The translations under genes and the position numbers were made by a program. The notes under the pieces were generated by a model that made no database searches, was not told where the DNA came from, and saw nothing but the letters and a program-made list of their open reading frames with translations. Source: an uncultured Flavobacteriales bacterium (GTDB taxonomy: Bacteria > Bacteroidota > Bacteroidia > Flavobacteriales > UBA7430). From it: a stretch of 64,000 bases of DNA. Shown here one piece after another: positions 8,570 through 17,924 of this stretch (its first letter is position 1; the number at the start of each line of letters is the position of its first letter). The stretch covers positions 107,118-171,117 of the forward strand of contig CALSTU010000001.1 in assembly GCA_943789355.1 (NCBI GenBank). The letters run 5' to 3'.

Positions 8570-9841
8570 ATGAACAAAATCGTTTATAATTTAGTTTTTT
8601 TCTGTTTGTTTTTCCTGCTTCTTGACCTCTATTTCTGGCAGGCGCTGAAGAGTAATTTTTTACTCAACTTTAAATCAAACCAACTCGCTAAATTCATCTA
8701 CTGGGTCCTCTCCTTTTCGGCTTTATCCATCTTGATTTATGCGATGATAAATTACCAAAATCCGGAATCCTCAAAACATCTAATTCTCATAAGAGCCTTT
8801 ATATTTAGCCTTTACATGGCTAAATTCTTAGCCTGCTTCCCGCTTCTCATAGACGATTTGATTCGGTTGTTTAAATGGATTGCCTCTTTCATTCAAATTT
8901 CTAACACATCCACGCCACAAAAAGAATCCCAAGGGATTTCAAGATCGAGTTTTTTAAAAAACACAAGCTTTATCATCGCTTCATTTGTGTTTGGGGTAAT
9001 GTCTTGGGGTATTATTTACGGGAGGTTTAATTTTAAAAAACATAAAGTAGCGATTAAATTGGACAAGTGGCCAAAGGCATTAAGTGGATTGAAAATCATT
9101 CAAATATCTGACTTACACTTGGGTAGTTTCGACTCAACCAAACCCATAGAAGATGTTGTAGAAATCATCAATAATGAGCAGGCTGATATCATCGTATTTA
9201 CAGGAGATCTTGTTAATAACGCCTATTGGGAAGCGGATGAATTTATCCCGTACTTAAATAAACTGAAAGCTAAGTACGGTAAATATGCAGTCCTTGGTAA
9301 TCACGATTACGGTGATTATTTAGGGATTGATAAAAACTCCGTCAAAGGATTGAGTTTGTGGAAATCAAACTTCAACAAAATATTGAATGTTTATAAAAAA
9401 ATTGGCTTCGATTTACTTCTAAATGAAAACAGAGAAATTGAAATTATGGGCAGCAGTTTCAATCTTATCGGAGTAGAAAACTGGGGTGCTGGAAGCTTTT
9501 CCAAATATGGTGATTTTAATAAGTCTATTGAAGGGTTAAATGCTGACAAGTGTAATATACTTCTTTCACACGACCCCTCCCATTGGGATAATGAGGTCAT
9601 GAAACATCCTTACCCAATTGAATTGCAACTCTCTGGACACACTCATGGTATGCAGTTTGGGATAGAGCTCAAAAATTTCAAGTGGAGTCCGGCTCAATTA
9701 AGGTACCCTCAGTGGGCAGGTTTGTATTCTAAGGGAAACAAACACGTATACGTAAATCGAGGTTTAGGACACATTGGATATGCGGGACGAATTGGAATTT
9801 ACCCAGAGATATCCATCTTGAAAATTTACAACAAAGCCTAA
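8570..9841 (+). CDS. Membrane-anchored metallophosphoesterase
   Basis: Several N-terminal TM helices. Calcineurin-like motifs are present: QISDLHLG, TGDLVNN, GNHDYG, SGHTHG. Confidence 0.9.
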   Translation: MNKIVYNLVFFCLFFLLLDLYFWQALKSNFLLNFKSNQLAKFIYWVLSFSALSILIYAMINYQNPESSKHLILIRAFIFSLYMAKFLACFPLLIDDLIRLFKWIASFIQISNTSTPQKESQGISRSSFLKNTSFIIASFVFGVMSWGIIYGRFNFKKHKVAIKLDKWPKALSGLKIIQISDLHLGSFDSTKPIEDVVEIINNEQADIIVFTGDLVNNAYWEADEFIPYLNKLKAKYGKYAVLGNHDYGDYLGIDKNSVKGLSLWKSNFNKILNVYKKIGFDLLLNENREIEIMGSSFNLIGVENWGAGSFSKYGDFNKSIEGLNADKCNILLSHDPSHWDNEVMKHPYPIELQLSGHTHGMQFGIELKNFKWSPAQLRYPQWAGLYSKGNKHVYVNRGLGHIGYAGRIGIYPEISILKIYNKA

Positions 9842-10966
9842 ATGACCTCATTTAAAAGCTATCATCGATTCAAAGACATTCCACATGGTGAATGGAGTGA
9901 GCTACTGAATGATGAGGATTTCTTTCTTTCTGAGGACTTTCTGAGCGTCATAGAATCATCGCATAGAGATGAAATTATACCCACATACACCATCATAAAG
10001 AATCAAAATAATGTTTTAGGGATCGTGTATTCTCAAGTATATGATTTTAAAAATTCCAAACTAAAAAACTACATAAACACCTCAAAGTTTAACATCATCA
10101 CAAGACTGAAAAGTCAAATTGGCCGATTACTAAAAGTGAGAGTGACTTTTTTAGGGAACATCTTTTTATCAAATGAATCTGGATTTAAGTTCAAGGAAGG
10201 GTCTTTCAATAAAACTGACCTAGAAGACCTACTTAAATTCATTCAAAAGTCCAGTGGTACAAAATTTCTATTGATTCCTGAGCATTATGAAGGTTTGTTA
10301 GATGTCAATAGCTCAAAGATAAAGGAAGTCAATGTAGAGCCTGACATGCAATTGGAGGTATCCAAAGACTGGCATACGTTTGATGATTATTTAAATGCAA
10401 TCCGTTCAAAATATAAAAAAAGGTATCGGAATATAGTTTCCAAAAGTAAAATCATTTACAGGCGGAAGTTAGACTCCGAAGAATTGAAAAAAAATGCACC
10501 CCATCTAAAAAAACTCTTTGGTCAAGTTTATGAAAAATCTGACTTTAACTCTGCAAAATTTAATACCGATATTTTCCAAGAATTAGTTAAACAAGATCAG
10601 GCCATATCCGTTTATGGCTACTACAATCAGAAGGGACTCGTAGGCTTTTCATCAGTCATCAAAAAAAACAAAATATTATATGCTCACTTTGTTGGCATCG
10701 ATTACAAGATCAACGAGACCCACTATCTGTACGCAAAAATGCTGTTTGACCATATTGAATATGCCATTGAAAAAAATCTTAAACTCATAAAGTTTGGGAG
10801 AACAGCATGTGAGTTCAAAAGTAATTTTGGTGCCGAACCGTATTTAGGTAAAGGCTTTGTTTATGACAAAACAGGAAGATACTTATACACCCTTACCCCC
10901 TTTCTTGAAATGCTAAAACCAAAAACATGGGTACAGAGAAAGCCATTTAAAATGAGTAAAGTTTAA
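9842..10966 (+). CDS. FemAB-like / GNAT-fold acyltransferase family protein (DUF482-like)
   Basis: The N-terminal pattern W..LL.....FFLSEDFLSVIESS and the ~370-aa length resemble the FemAB-like/BioF2-like family. The ATG directly abuts the upstream stop (TAAATG). Confidence 0.45.
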   Translation: MTSFKSYHRFKDIPHGEWSELLNDEDFFLSEDFLSVIESSHRDEIIPTYTIIKNQNNVLGIVYSQVYDFKNSKLKNYINTSKFNIITRLKSQIGRLLKVRVTFLGNIFLSNESGFKFKEGSFNKTDLEDLLKFIQKSSGTKFLLIPEHYEGLLDVNSSKIKEVNVEPDMQLEVSKDWHTFDDYLNAIRSKYKKRYRNIVSKSKIIYRRKLDSEELKKNAPHLKKLFGQVYEKSDFNSAKFNTDIFQELVKQDQAISVYGYYNQKGLVGFSSVIKKNKILYAHFVGIDYKINETHYLYAKMLFDHIEYAIEKNLKLIKFGRTACEFKSNFGAEPYLGKGFVYDKTGRYLYTLTPFLEMLKPKTWVQRKPFKMSKV

Positions 10967-12400
10967 TTATTTTTGACGGATGAAAACCATACCTAAAAAA
11001 CAAAGCAAGCCGTTAACCACAAGAAGTTCAAACCCAAATTCAAAGCCCCACCATACCGGAGCCTTAAGTTGCAAATAATAACATATAATTGGTGATGATA
11101 AAACAACCGGCAGAATCCACTTATCTCTGATTCTCCAGGGAGTTAACAAACCAAAAGCATACATGCCAAGCAAGGGTCCATAGGTGTAACCAGCAACTTT
11201 AAATAAAGCAGCAACCACACTCTCATCATTAATCCATTTAAACACTAAAATCACGATAAATAAAACTGCTGAAAAGAAAAGATGGCTTTGTTTTCGAATT
11301 CGTATTTGTTGTGTTATAGGCTTATTTTCAATACCTAAAATATCAATACAGAATGAGGTAGTGAGCGATGTCAATGCCGAGTCTGCACTAGAATAGGCTG
11401 CAGCAATTAATCCCAGTAAAAAGAATAAACCAACCACTACTGGCATACTCTCATGCATCGCGACAGCAGCAAATAAGTCATCGCCTGAGGCTTGAATGTT
11501 AAAATGATCTGCATGAATATAGAGTAATGCTCCTAATCCTAAAAACAATAGATTCACAAGAACCAATACAATGCTAAACCAAAACATGTTTTTCTGTGCA
11601 TCTTTTAAACTTCTACAGGATAAGTTTTTCTGCATCATATCTTGATCAAGTCCAGTCATTACAATCGCTATAAATGCCCCTGCAAGGAATTGTTTGGGGA
11701 AAAATAAAGAGCTGTTTGAATCTTCCAAAAAGAAAATCTTTGAATATTCTGAAAGAGAAATTTGATTTATGGCATCACTCATTGTAAAATTCAATGCATT
11801 AGAAATATGATAAAAGCATAAAACTACTGCCAATATCATGAATAATGTCTGTAAAGTATCCGTCCAAATGATTGTTTTGAGACCTGCTTTGTGCGTGTAC
11901 ACCCAAATAAATGAAATGGTTAAAACTACCGTTAGTGCGAAGGGGATGCCCCAGGAGTCAAAAACAAGGATTTGTAAAATGTTGGCTACTAAAAACAACC
12001 GAAACGATGCACCTACAATTCTTGACAGTAAAAAGTAAAAGGCGCCAGACTTGTAGGACCAAAAACCAAAACGTTCTTCCAAATAACCGTATATTGATGT
12101 TAGGTTTAAACGATAATACAAGGGCAATAACACCGTAGCAATAACCGTGTAACCAACCAAATAACCCAAAACCATTTGAAAATAAGAAAACTGACTGGTT
12201 GCGACCCACCCAGGAACAGAAACAAAAGTAACACCCGACAAACTTGCTCCTATCATTCCAAATGCAACAACATACCATGGAGATTGTCTTTTTCCAGTAA
12301 AAAAACTGTCGTTACCATCATCATTAGATGTTAATTTTGAAATAAAAATTAACACGATGAAATATACAACGAGAACCGCAATCATAATTGTTGGTGTCAT
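10967..12400 (-). CDS. Sodium:solute symporter family transporter
   Basis: 477 aa with about 12-13 hydrophobic helices and an SSF-like N-terminus (FFTGKRQSPWYVVAFGMIGASLSGVTFVSVPG). Confidence 0.85.
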   Translation of the reverse strand: MTPTIMIAVLVVYFIVLIFISKLTSNDDGNDSFFTGKRQSPWYVVAFGMIGASLSGVTFVSVPGWVATSQFSYFQMVLGYLVGYTVIATVLLPLYYRLNLTSIYGYLEERFGFWSYKSGAFYFLLSRIVGASFRLFLVANILQILVFDSWGIPFALTVVLTISFIWVYTHKAGLKTIIWTDTLQTLFMILAVVLCFYHISNALNFTMSDAINQISLSEYSKIFFLEDSNSSLFFPKQFLAGAFIAIVMTGLDQDMMQKNLSCRSLKDAQKNMFWFSIVLVLVNLLFLGLGALLYIHADHFNIQASGDDLFAAVAMHESMPVVVGLFFLLGLIAAAYSSADSALTSLTTSFCIDILGIENKPITQQIRIRKQSHLFFSAVLFIVILVFKWINDESVVAALFKVAGYTYGPLLGMYAFGLLTPWRIRDKWILPVVLSSPIICYYLQLKAPVWWGFEFGFELLVVNGLLCFLGMVFIRQK

Positions 12401-12458
12401 AAGCGTATTTTAAAAAATCTAATATAGGATTTACCCTTGATACTTGCTGTTAAAAAAC

Positions 12459-12466
12459 TATTTTTG
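12459..12466 (+). promoter_or_regulatory. Bacteroidota -7 promoter box (TATTTTTG) abutting the recR start codon
   Basis: Exact TAnnTTTG match. Its last G lies 4 nt before the recR ATG at 12471. Confidence 0.4.
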
Positions 12467-12470
12467 AGCT

Positions 12471-13088
12471 ATGAATTACTCTTCAAAGTTACTGGAGCAA
12501 GCCGTAGAAGAATTCTCAAAACTACCAGGTATTGGAAAAAAGACTGCCCTGCGTTTGGTGCTGAATCTCTTAAAACGTGAAAAGGATGAGGTCAATCGAT
12601 TTGCATTGGCCTTGAAAAATCTACGTGATGAAATTCGTTACTGCAAAGAATGTCATAACATTTCTGATATCGAAACATGTCAGCTCTGTTCTAACCTGAA
12701 TCGTGACGGTGCAACCCTTTGTGTTGTTGAGGACATACGCGATGTTATGGCTGTAGAAAATACACAACAATACAAAGGCCTGTACCACGTTCTTGGAGGG
12801 GTGATTTCTCCCATGGATGGAATTGGTCCGCAACACCTTACCATCGAATCACTTTTGCAAAAAGTTGAATCGGGTAAAGTAAAAGAAATCATCTTTGCAC
12901 TAAGTACAACCATGGAAGGAGATACGACCAACTTTTACATATTCAAAAAACTCAAAAATTACCCAGTAAAAGTCTCAACCATAGCGCGCGGCATCGCTTT
13001 TGGAGATGAGCTTGAATATGCCGATGAAATCACCCTAGGGCGTTCCATTGCCAACAGGTTGCCCTATGAGAGCTCTATAAATAGTTAA
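12471..13088 (+). CDS. recR: Recombination protein RecR
   Basis: HhH motif [12 protein letters not shown], a Cys4 zinc finger ([16 protein letters not shown]), and a Toprim region. Confidence 0.97.
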   Translation: MNYSSKLLEQAVEEFSKLPGIGKKTALRLVLNLLKREKDEVNRFALALKNLRDEIRYCKECHNISDIETCQLCSNLNRDGATLCVVEDIRDVMAVENTQQYKGLYHVLGGVISPMDGIGPQHLTIESLLQKVESGKVKEIIFALSTTMEGDTTNFYIFKKLKNYPVKVSTIARGIAFGDELEYADEITLGRSIANRLPYESSINS

Positions 13089-13095
13089 TTCTGTC

Positions 13096-14532
13096 ATGAA
13101 ACTATCCATCGTCATTGTCAACTACAATGTAAAACACTTTCTCGAACAATGCTTGAGGTCTGTTCATAAAGCTGTTCTAAACATAGATGCTGAGATATAT
13201 GTCGTAGACAATAATTCTGTTGATCAATCCATGGAAATGGTAGCAGAAAAATTTCCCGACGTTAAACGAATTACCAATTCAATAAATACAGGATTTTCGG
13301 TTGCCAACAACCAAGCAATTAAAATTTCCAAAGGAGAATATATACTTCTTTTAAATCCTGACACACTTGTAGAAGAAGATACCTTTGAAAAGTGTATCAG
13401 CTTCATGGACAACAAACATGATGTTGGAGGTTTGGGAGTCAAAATGGTAGACGGCAAAGGTAAATTCTTACCTGAATCTAAACGTAGCCTACCAACGCCA
13501 AAAGTTGCATTTTACAAAATATTTGGACTTTCCAATTTATTCCCAAAATCCAAACAGTTTGGTGCTTACCATTTGGGACATCTTCCAGAAGATGAAACAA
13601 ATGAAGTTGAAATATTAGCCGGCGCCTTCATGCTCCTTAGGAAGAAAGCTCTGGATGACATTGGTTTACTCGATGAAACTTTTTTCATGTACGGAGAAGA
13701 CATTGACCTGTCTTACAGACTAATCAAAGGAGGGTACAAAAACTATTACTTCCCAGAAACCAGAATCATCCACTACAAGGGAGAAAGCACTAAAAAGGGG
13801 AGCTTGAATTATGTGTTTCTTTTTTACAAAGCTATGATTGTTTTTGCTAAAAAGCATTTTTCAAATCAAAATGCTAAACTGTTCAGTCTACTCATAAACA
13901 TGGCTATCTACCTGAGAGCTGGATTGTCAATAATCCGTCGGTTTTTAAGTAAAAGCATACTGCCCATATTTGATTTTTCATTTATTTTTTCTGGAATGAT
14001 TTATCTTAAAATGTATTGGGAAATAAACCATAGATATGTTGCCGGCGGAACGTACCCTGAAATTTTAACACTCGGATTAATCCCAATGTATATTACAGTT
14101 TGGCTTACTGTATTTAAATTAAGTGGGGTATACGACAAACCTTTTAAGCTTGATAAACTCATACGAGGTAGTTTGTACGGTGTTGCTTCACTTTTGGTTA
14201 TTTATGCACTCTTACCAGAACCTTTACGATTTTCAAGAGCCATTATTTTACTCGGATCTGCATGGGCAGGAGTTTCAGTACTCATCAGTAGGATTTTATT
14301 CAGAATTATTGGTCTAAAATCTTTTCAATGGGGCGAAAGCTTGAGTAAACGTTTTCTAATTGTAGGTTCTGAAAAAGAATCTGTGCGAATACACGACCTA
14401 CTCAATCAAACCGAAATAAAAATGGGTTTCGTTGGTTTTATCCACTCGGAAAAACCAAACCAGCCAAGTCAACCAATATGTTGGCCTAAGCCATCAATTA
14501 GAGGAAGCTGTGTTACTATACGCTATCGATGA
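13096..14532 (+). CDS. Family 2 glycosyltransferase with a C-terminal multi-pass membrane region; the 3' end appears frameshifted
   Basis: GT2 N-terminus (LSIVIVNYN...YVVDNNSVD...LLLNPDT...YGEDIDL) followed by TM helices. The last ~25 codons look non-native, and the sequence logic continues in the +1 frame. Confidence 0.8.
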   Translation: MKLSIVIVNYNVKHFLEQCLRSVHKAVLNIDAEIYVVDNNSVDQSMEMVAEKFPDVKRITNSINTGFSVANNQAIKISKGEYILLLNPDTLVEEDTFEKCISFMDNKHDVGGLGVKMVDGKGKFLPESKRSLPTPKVAFYKIFGLSNLFPKSKQFGAYHLGHLPEDETNEVEILAGAFMLLRKKALDDIGLLDETFFMYGEDIDLSYRLIKGGYKNYYFPETRIIHYKGESTKKGSLNYVFLFYKAMIVFAKKHFSNQNAKLFSLLINMAIYLRAGLSIIRRFLSKSILPIFDFSFIFSGMIYLKMYWEINHRYVAGGTYPEILTLGLIPMYITVWLTVFKLSGVYDKPFKLDKLIRGSLYGVASLLVIYALLPEPLRFSRAIILLGSAWAGVSVLISRILFRIIGLKSFQWGESLSKRFLIVGSEKESVRIHDLLNQTEIKMGFVGFIHSEKPNQPSQPICWPKPSIRGSCVTIRYR

Positions 14533-15115
14533 AGTAGTTTTTTGTTCGAAAAATTTATCTGCGCAAGAGATTATTGAACACATGTCCAAGCTTGATAAAC
14601 ATTCTCTTGATTTTAAAATTGCTCCTGAAGAAAGTATGTATGTCATTGGGTCTAACTCCATCAATACAAAAGGAGAGTTTTACGGTTATGACCTCAGTAG
14701 TATAAACAAAATTGAAAACCGAAGAAATAAAAGAACCTTTGACATCTTTTCAGCGCTCATCATAATATCAATTTCTCCAATTTTTATGTTATTAGGAGCC
14801 AGCCCTAAAGCCTTACTCAAAAATACGATGAGCGTTCTTTTGGGGTTCAAAACCTGGGTGTCCTATTGCGGAACGATTGATGTAAATCATCTACCCACCC
14901 TAAAGGAGGGCATCATCAGTCCTCTGTCGCATTTAAAATCCGAACAATCTAAAAACACAGCATCAAAACTCAACATGCTGTATGCTAAGGATTATAGAGT
15001 AAAGAATGATGTGAATTTTTTATTGAAAGAATTTAAAACGTTTGGCACGCTATTAGGAGTATATGCAACTTTGTTCAAAAGGTCAATTATTGTATCTTCG
15101 TCGGACAAATGTTAA
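14432..15115 (+). CDS. Continuation fragment: linker plus degenerate bacterial sugar-transferase-like C-terminal domain (probably the 3' part of the preceding gene)
   Basis: No ATG start (TTG). It carries YVGLSHQLEEAVLLYAIDEVVFC (nucleotide-binding-linker style), then KRTFDIFSALIIISISPIFML, then a shortened sugar-transferase tail. Confidence 0.5.
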   Translation: MVLSTRKNQTSQVNQYVGLSHQLEEAVLLYAIDEVVFCSKNLSAQEIIEHMSKLDKHSLDFKIAPEESMYVIGSNSINTKGEFYGYDLSSINKIENRRNKRTFDIFSALIIISISPIFMLLGASPKALLKNTMSVLLGFKTWVSYCGTIDVNHLPTLKEGIISPLSHLKSEQSKNTASKLNMLYAKDYRVKNDVNFLLKEFKTFGTLLGVYATLFKRSIIVSSSDKC

Positions 15116-15139
15116 ATTTTAGAAAATCAAAATATTTTT

Positions 15140-16438
15140 ATGGCTCAGGTGGAATTGATAATGCCAAAAATGGGAGAAAGCGTTGCAGAAGCAACGGTAA
15201 TCAAGTGGCTCAAAAATGTTGGGGACCCGATCGAAATTGATGAATCCATTATTGAAATTGCAACCGATAAAGTAGATTCTGAAATACCTTCAACCGTTGA
15301 TGGCATCTTAACCAAACAACTTTACAAAGAAGATGAAGTTGTGCAAATAGGTCAAGCAATAGCAATCATTGAGACAAATGCTAAGGTAGAAGTGCGTACA
15401 GAAACAAAAAAAACAGAAGTACCTCCTGCTGAAACCTTAAAAAAAGAAGTTAAAATTGCTGAACAAATTGTTGAGAAAGCAATAGAAACAAATACAATAC
15501 CCGATGTAAAGTCTACAAATAAATTCTTTTCCCCACTCGTTCGATCAATTGCTCAAGAAGAAGGGATTGAGACCCAAGAGTTGGAAACTCTTTCAGGATC
15601 TGGGAAAGACGGTAGGATTACAAAAAATGACATTTTAGAACACGTTGCCAAAAAATCAATAATACCCTCGATAGCTCAAACATCTTCAAACACGAATGCT
15701 ACAAAAACTGTAGGTATCCCAAGTATGCAAGGGGATGAAATTATTGAAATGGACCGAATGCGCAAAATGATTGCCAATCACATGGTTCTATCTAAGCAAG
15801 TTGCTCCACATGTAACCTCCTTTGTAGAAGCAGATGTAACCAATCTTGTTCATTGGAGAAATAAAGTCAAAGATGAGTTCCTCAGCAGTCAAGGAGAGAA
15901 AATCACATTTACACCAATATTTGTTGAGGCTATCGTTAAAGCCATAAAAGATTTTCCGATGATTAACATCTCGGTAGATGGTACTAACATCATCAAAAGA
16001 AAACACATAAACATCGGTATGGCCGCAGCACTCCCTTCCGGAAACCTTATCGTTCCGGTAATAAAAGATGCGGATCAGATAAATCTCATTGGATTAACGA
16101 AAAAAGTGAATGACTTGGCTAGAAGAGCCCGATCTAACGATCTAAAACCTGATGAAATTTCTGGAGGTACCTTCACGCTAACCAATGTAGGTGGATTTGG
16201 CAACGTTATGGGTACACCCATCATCAATCAACCTCAAGTTGCTATTATGGCCGTTGGTGCAATCGTAAAGAAGCCAGCAGTGATAGAAACTGAACACGGT
16301 GATGTCATTGCCATTCGCCATAAGATGTTTTGTTCGTTGTCCTACGATCACAGAGTCGTTGACGGCTCTTTAGGAGGAATGTTCTTAAAAAGATTTTCAG
16401 ATTATCTAGAAGGATTTGATCCTAAAACAAGCATATAA
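15140..16438 (+). CDS. 2-oxoacid dehydrogenase E2 component (dihydrolipoamide acyltransferase)
   Basis: Lipoyl domain (IEIATDKVDSEIPS), an E3-binding domain (SPLVRSIAQEEGI), and the catalytic motif SYDHRVVDGSLGG. Confidence 0.95.
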   Translation: MAQVELIMPKMGESVAEATVIKWLKNVGDPIEIDESIIEIATDKVDSEIPSTVDGILTKQLYKEDEVVQIGQAIAIIETNAKVEVRTETKKTEVPPAETLKKEVKIAEQIVEKAIETNTIPDVKSTNKFFSPLVRSIAQEEGIETQELETLSGSGKDGRITKNDILEHVAKKSIIPSIAQTSSNTNATKTVGIPSMQGDEIIEMDRMRKMIANHMVLSKQVAPHVTSFVEADVTNLVHWRNKVKDEFLSSQGEKITFTPIFVEAIVKAIKDFPMINISVDGTNIIKRKHINIGMAAALPSGNLIVPVIKDADQINLIGLTKKVNDLARRARSNDLKPDEISGGTFTLTNVGGFGNVMGTPIINQPQVAIMAVGAIVKKPAVIETEHGDVIAIRHKMFCSLSYDHRVVDGSLGGMFLKRFSDYLEGFDPKTSI

Positions 16439-16445
16439 ATATTAG

Positions 16446-16478
16446 AAAGCATCAACTTCTGTTGATGCTTTGCTTTTT
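16446..16478 (+). terminator. Intrinsic terminator after the E2 gene
   Basis: aaagcatcaac-ttct-gttgatgcttt stem-loop followed by a T-rich tract (gcttttt). Confidence 0.75.
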
Positions 16479-16488
16479 ATCAAAAGTT

Positions 16489-17262
16489 ATGAATTTACAA
16501 CTAAGCAGACCCCTAGCCTTTTTTGATCTTGAAACAACGGGTATTCAAATTGGAAAAGACAAAATCGTAGAAATATGCATCCTAAAAGTACAAATGGATG
16601 GCACAGAAGAATGTAAAACCTGGAGAGTAAATCCAGGCATGCCAATTCCAAAAGAATCATCTGATGTTCATGGAATTACTGATGAAATGGTTAAAGATTC
16701 GCCGCTTTTCCCACAAATTGCAAATGAAGTTCACAATTTCATCAAAGACGCAGATCTTTCGGGGTACAACTCAAATCGATTTGACCTACCCTTGTTGGCT
16801 GAAGAGTTTTTAAGATCAGATGTGGATTTTGAAATGAAAAACAGACGATCAATAGATGTACAATCTGTATTTTTCAAAATGGAACCAAGAACTCTGACGG
16901 CTGCCTATCGTTTTTACTGCAATAAAGAGCTTCTCGGAGCTCATGGCGCCGAAGCCGACACCAGAGCAACCTACGAAATTTTAAAAGCACAAGTAGAACG
17001 ATACAATGAGTTGGATGGAGACTCTGAGTCCATGGCAGAATTTACAAAACCTGCACAACCAAATGCTGACCTTGCGGGGATGATAAAATTTAACGCAAAG
17101 GGGCAAGAAATCTTTAATTTTGGAAAACACAAGGGCAAAGCAGTATCTGAAGTGTTAGATCGAGAACCCGGTTATTATTCCTGGATGCAAAATGCAGACT
17201 TTCCCGTATACACCAAGAAAGTGTTGACAGCCATCAAACTCAGAAATTTCAACAACCAATGA
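16489..17262 (+). CDS. DEDDh 3'-5' exonuclease (DnaQ-like) with a C-terminal accessory domain
   Basis: Exo I motif FFDLETTG, Exo II GYNSNRFDLPLL, Exo III HGAEADT. I chose the ATG at 16489 because the longer ORF-track start lies inside the upstream terminator. Confidence 0.9.
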   Translation: MNLQLSRPLAFFDLETTGIQIGKDKIVEICILKVQMDGTEECKTWRVNPGMPIPKESSDVHGITDEMVKDSPLFPQIANEVHNFIKDADLSGYNSNRFDLPLLAEEFLRSDVDFEMKNRRSIDVQSVFFKMEPRTLTAAYRFYCNKELLGAHGAEADTRATYEILKAQVERYNELDGDSESMAEFTKPAQPNADLAGMIKFNAKGQEIFNFGKHKGKAVSEVLDREPGYYSWMQNADFPVYTKKVLTAIKLRNFNNQ

Positions 17263-17858
17263 AAATCATTTGTATTGGCAGAAACTACGGTGGACAGGAT
17301 AAAGGATTTAAAAGTCCACTTCCTGAAGTACCCCTATTTTTTGTAAAGCCTGATACGGCACTTCTGAGAACCAACACTTTTTATTTACCACCTTACAGCA
17401 GCAACATTCATTATGAAATCGAGTTGGCTGTAAAAATCAAAAAGGTAGGAAAGTGTATATCCAAAAAATTTGCACCCAACTATTACGATGAAATTAGCCT
17501 AGGTCTTGACTTTACGGCTAGAGACTTACTCGATGAATGCATTAAAAAAGGAATGCCTTGGGAAATCGCAAAAGGATTTGACAGTTCTGCTCCTATAGGT
17601 CAATGGTACCAGAAAAAGGACCTTACAAATCTCGATTTTTATTTATTGAAAAATGGAGAAAAAGTACAGCAAGGAAACCCCTCTCAAATGCTCTTTGATG
17701 TGGATACCATTATTGAGTATGTTTCAAAATTTTTAACCTTAAAAAAAGGGGACTTAATTTTTACTGGAACACCTTCGGGAGTGGGTGAAATAAAGTCTGG
17801 GGATCTGTTTCAGGGATTTCTCAACCAGAAAAAAACTATAGAACTCAAAGTAAGATGA
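17259..17858 (+). CDS. Fumarylacetoacetate hydrolase (FAH) family protein
   Basis: 199 aa with the typical short FAH-family layout (IICIGRNY...HYEIELAV...GDLIFTGTPSGVG). Overlaps the upstream stop by 4 nt. Confidence 0.85.
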   Translation: MKIICIGRNYGGQDKGFKSPLPEVPLFFVKPDTALLRTNTFYLPPYSSNIHYEIELAVKIKKVGKCISKKFAPNYYDEISLGLDFTARDLLDECIKKGMPWEIAKGFDSSAPIGQWYQKKDLTNLDFYLLKNGEKVQQGNPSQMLFDVDTIIEYVSKFLTLKKGDLIFTGTPSGVGEIKSGDLFQGFLNQKKTIELKVR

Positions 17859-17924
17859 TTCTTTACGATGTCTTATGACAACAATCATAACAAGGAGTGT
17901 AGACAAATCTGAAACAAAAAACCG

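Noticed and set aside
16462-16488. Longer ORF-track start for the exonuclease. The same applies to 42192 for the yqaA-like gene, 42841 for transketolase, 53505 for plsY and 22230 for leuD.
   Set aside because: The extensions run through an upstream terminator, a promoter box or the preceding gene, and they add non-homologous residues. Internal ATGs give canonical N-termini.
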